Shown here piece after piece: positions 16,703 to 18,377 of a stretch of 18,377 bases of DNA. The DNA is from a bacterium. GTDB taxonomy: Bacteria > Zhuqueibacterota > Zhuqueibacteria > Oceanimicrobiales > Oceanimicrobiaceae. The stretch is taken from NCBI GenBank assembly GCA_046757025.1, contig JBHHXN010000105.1, forward strand, positions 1 to 18,377, in the 5' to 3' direction. A program made the translations under genes and the position numbers. The notes under the pieces are model-generated. The model saw only the letters and a list, made by a program, of their open reading frames with translations, searched no databases and was not told the origin of the DNA. Position 1 is the first letter of the stretch. Each line of letters opens with the position of its first letter.

Positions 16703-17983
16703 ATGGATAATCAAACACATACCACCATCGACTCAAAGTTACCGCTGCTGCAAACCGTGCTGGATGAAAGCTGGATGCGTGCATTTTTTCAGAATCACCT
16801 GGACAGTCAATTAAATGGCAGCCGACGTAAACTTACCGGCTGCAAGATCGTGGACAAACGCTACAAACCCGGACGGCGCTGTCTGGTCACTTACCAACTA
16901 GATTTTGCCGAGATTTCTGAACCGCAGATCTGGCACAGTTGCATCCAAACCTCGAAAACCCTTGTCAGCGAAACTGCAGATATTTCACTACAGCCCGCTT
17001 CGGATAAGCGCGGCTCCGGCATCGAAGTCTGGCCGTTTCCGGCCGAGCCCGAGCTAGGGTGTCTGCTTGCGGCGTCGCCCCCGGCGGTCGTACAAAAAAC
17101 GCTGGCGAATTTGGGCGCCGGCAGCCAGTGCGTCACCACCCGGCTGCTGAAATACGTCCCCCGGCGCCACGGCTGTCTGGCGGTGAGTTTGGATAATTCC
17201 GAGCAGGTGTTCTGCAAAATTTATTTCCGCGGCAGCGGCTCCCCAATCTACTCCGTTATGCGTCAGCTCTACCAGCAAACCCGCTCGCCATCCTCAGCAT
17301 TTAGTGTGGCCGAGCCCCTGACTTGCAAACAGGACGGGCGGCTGCTGTTTCTGCGCTGGCAGGACGGCTGGAGCTTCCTACGGTTTGCGCGTGAAAAAGG
17401 CCTGGAGTACGCCTGTCATTTAACGGCCATCGCGCTGGCGGCGTTTCATCAGAGCCGGCTGAACCCGCTGCCGCCATTCACGCAAGAGGACAGCCTGCGC
17501 AAAACTACCGAACGCGCGCAAATGCTCTGGCAATTTCATCCGGATTTTCAGACACCCGCGGAGGCGTTGCTGCAGCGTTTGCACGAGCTGCTTCCGACCT
17601 GGCCGCCGGCGCAGCAGACGCCCATTCACGGCGATTTCAATTACTCGCAAATTCTGTTCGATTTTGAAAAACCTGTTTTTATCGACTTTGACTCGGTGAG
17701 TGTGGGCGACCCACTGCACGATTTAGCGCACTTTGTGGCCGGCCTGTATCATTTGAGTGCACGCAGATATTTTTCAGCGGCGGAGATTCGGCTGGTGGTA
17801 GGACTGTTTATTAGTACTTACAAAAAGTTCGCACCCGGGGAAATTTCCGAGTCGGCCCTGAACGGCCAGATCGCCATGGCTCTGATAAGCCGAAGAGCTT
17901 TCAAAGTTCTGCGGCAACTGCAGGGCAACCCAATTGAAGAAATCGAATTCTATCTTAACCTGGCGCGGCAATATTTGAATTGA
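16703..17983 (+). CDS. Second APH-like phosphotransferase
   Basis: Motifs PIHGDFNYSQILF, FIDFD, VFCKIY, GDPLHDLAHF, YKPGRRC. Same architecture as the 13375 kinase. Confidence 0.85.
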   Translation: MDNQTHTTIDSKLPLLQTVLDESWMRAFFQNHLDSQLNGSRRKLTGCKIVDKRYKPGRRCLVTYQLDFAEISEPQIWHSCIQTSKTLVSETADISLQPASDKRGSGIEVWPFPAEPELGCLLAASPPAVVQKTLANLGAGSQCVTTRLLKYVPRRHGCLAVSLDNSEQVFCKIYFRGSGSPIYSVMRQLYQQTRSPSSAFSVAEPLTCKQDGRLLFLRWQDGWSFLRFAREKGLEYACHLTAIALAAFHQSRLNPLPPFTQEDSLRKTTERAQMLWQFHPDFQTPAEALLQRLHELLPTWPPAQQTPIHGDFNYSQILFDFEKPVFIDFDSVSVGDPLHDLAHFVAGLYHLSARRYFSAAEIRLVVGLFISTYKKFAPGEISESALNGQIAMALISRRAFKVLRQLQGNPIEEIEFYLNLARQYLN

Positions 17984-17987
17984 GTGT

Positions 17988-18023
17988 TTAACCCTGTCAG
18001 GGTTTTGACCCTGACAGGATTAA
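17988..18023. repeat. REP-like long inverted repeat
   Basis: TTAACCCTGTCAGGGT-TTTG-ACCCTGACAGGATTAA: 16-bp arms with one mismatch, 4 bp after the kinase stop. Confidence 0.75.
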
Positions 18024-18081
18024 AAATCATCAAAATAATTAACACGGTAAAGAACCCCTAGACATAGAAGGAGCGGTTATT

Positions 18082-18377
18082 ATGGAAGTTTTAAAACAAG
18101 AAGTGCAAGCCGAAAAGGGCTTACGTACCATGAGTCTTGCTGAAAACGAAGCCGGACTTTACTCTAAAAAATTCATGATCGAATCCACCAGTTTGTGCAA
18201 TTTGAAATGCCCGCTTTGTCCGGTGCCAGCGCATTTACATCGCAACACCGGCCACATGGAAAAGCACACGTTTAAAGAGGTCATCGACGACTTGGCCGGT
18301 TACGCCACCAAAATCGATTTCTGGAATTTCGGCGAGCCTTTTCTCAATCCAGACTTTTTTGAGATGGTGAAGTATGC
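18082..18377 (+). CDS. Radical SAM protein (probably SPASM/twitch subclass), 3'-truncated by the window
   Basis: Absent from the ORF track because there is no stop in the window. Manual translation gives MEVLKQEVQAEKG...IESTSLCNLKCPLCP...DFWNFGEPFLNPDFFEMVKY, with CxxxCxxC at 18196-18219 and a GEP motif. GAAGGAG RBS upstream. Confidence 0.9.
   Translation, partial: MEVLKQEVQAEKGLRTMSLAENEAGLYSKKFMIESTSLCNLKCPLCPVPAHLHRNTGHMEKHTFKEVIDDLAGYATKIDFWNFGEPFLNPDFFEMVKY

Noticed and set aside
1071..17971. Numerous alternative-frame and antisense ORFs inside the main genes, plus 9303-9488 and 16508-16720 on the minus strand
   Set aside because: They are shadows of well-supported + strand genes, or translations of repeat and intergenic DNA, with no protein motifs.
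13375..17983. APH-like genes as antibiotic-resistance determinants
   Set aside because: They are much longer than true APHs, sit in a GT/exporter operon and have no mobile-element context.

Overview
Bacterial window with every credible gene on the + strand; the lineage cannot be established from the sequence. It has three parts. (1) An AT-rich, apparently non-coding or decayed left end (1-1017) with a REP-like hairpin. (2) A regulatory block (1018-9245): an Opp/Dpp-family ABC importer (two permeases, one ATPase, substrate-binding protein last), a sigma54 enhancer-binding protein with a degenerate receiver domain, a consensus sigma54 promoter with two in-phase palindromic enhancer candidates, a lipoprotein with a ZU5-like domain carrying an HF|S autoproteolysis motif 18 aa from its C-terminus, and a stand-alone TPR protein. 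(3) After a 400-bp intergenic region with a multi-stem structure, a glycoconjugate biosynthesis/export cluster (9685->18377): a COG4671/GT28-like glycosyltransferase, two GT4 paralogues, two APH-like kinases, an MsbA-like ABC exporter, and a radical SAM gene cut by the window edge. Main hypothesis (inference): block 2 is a peptide-signalling circuit in which a self-cleaving lipoprotein releases a cationic peptide that is re-imported, sensed by the TPR protein and relayed to the sigma54 activator, possibly controlling the glycosylation cluster.
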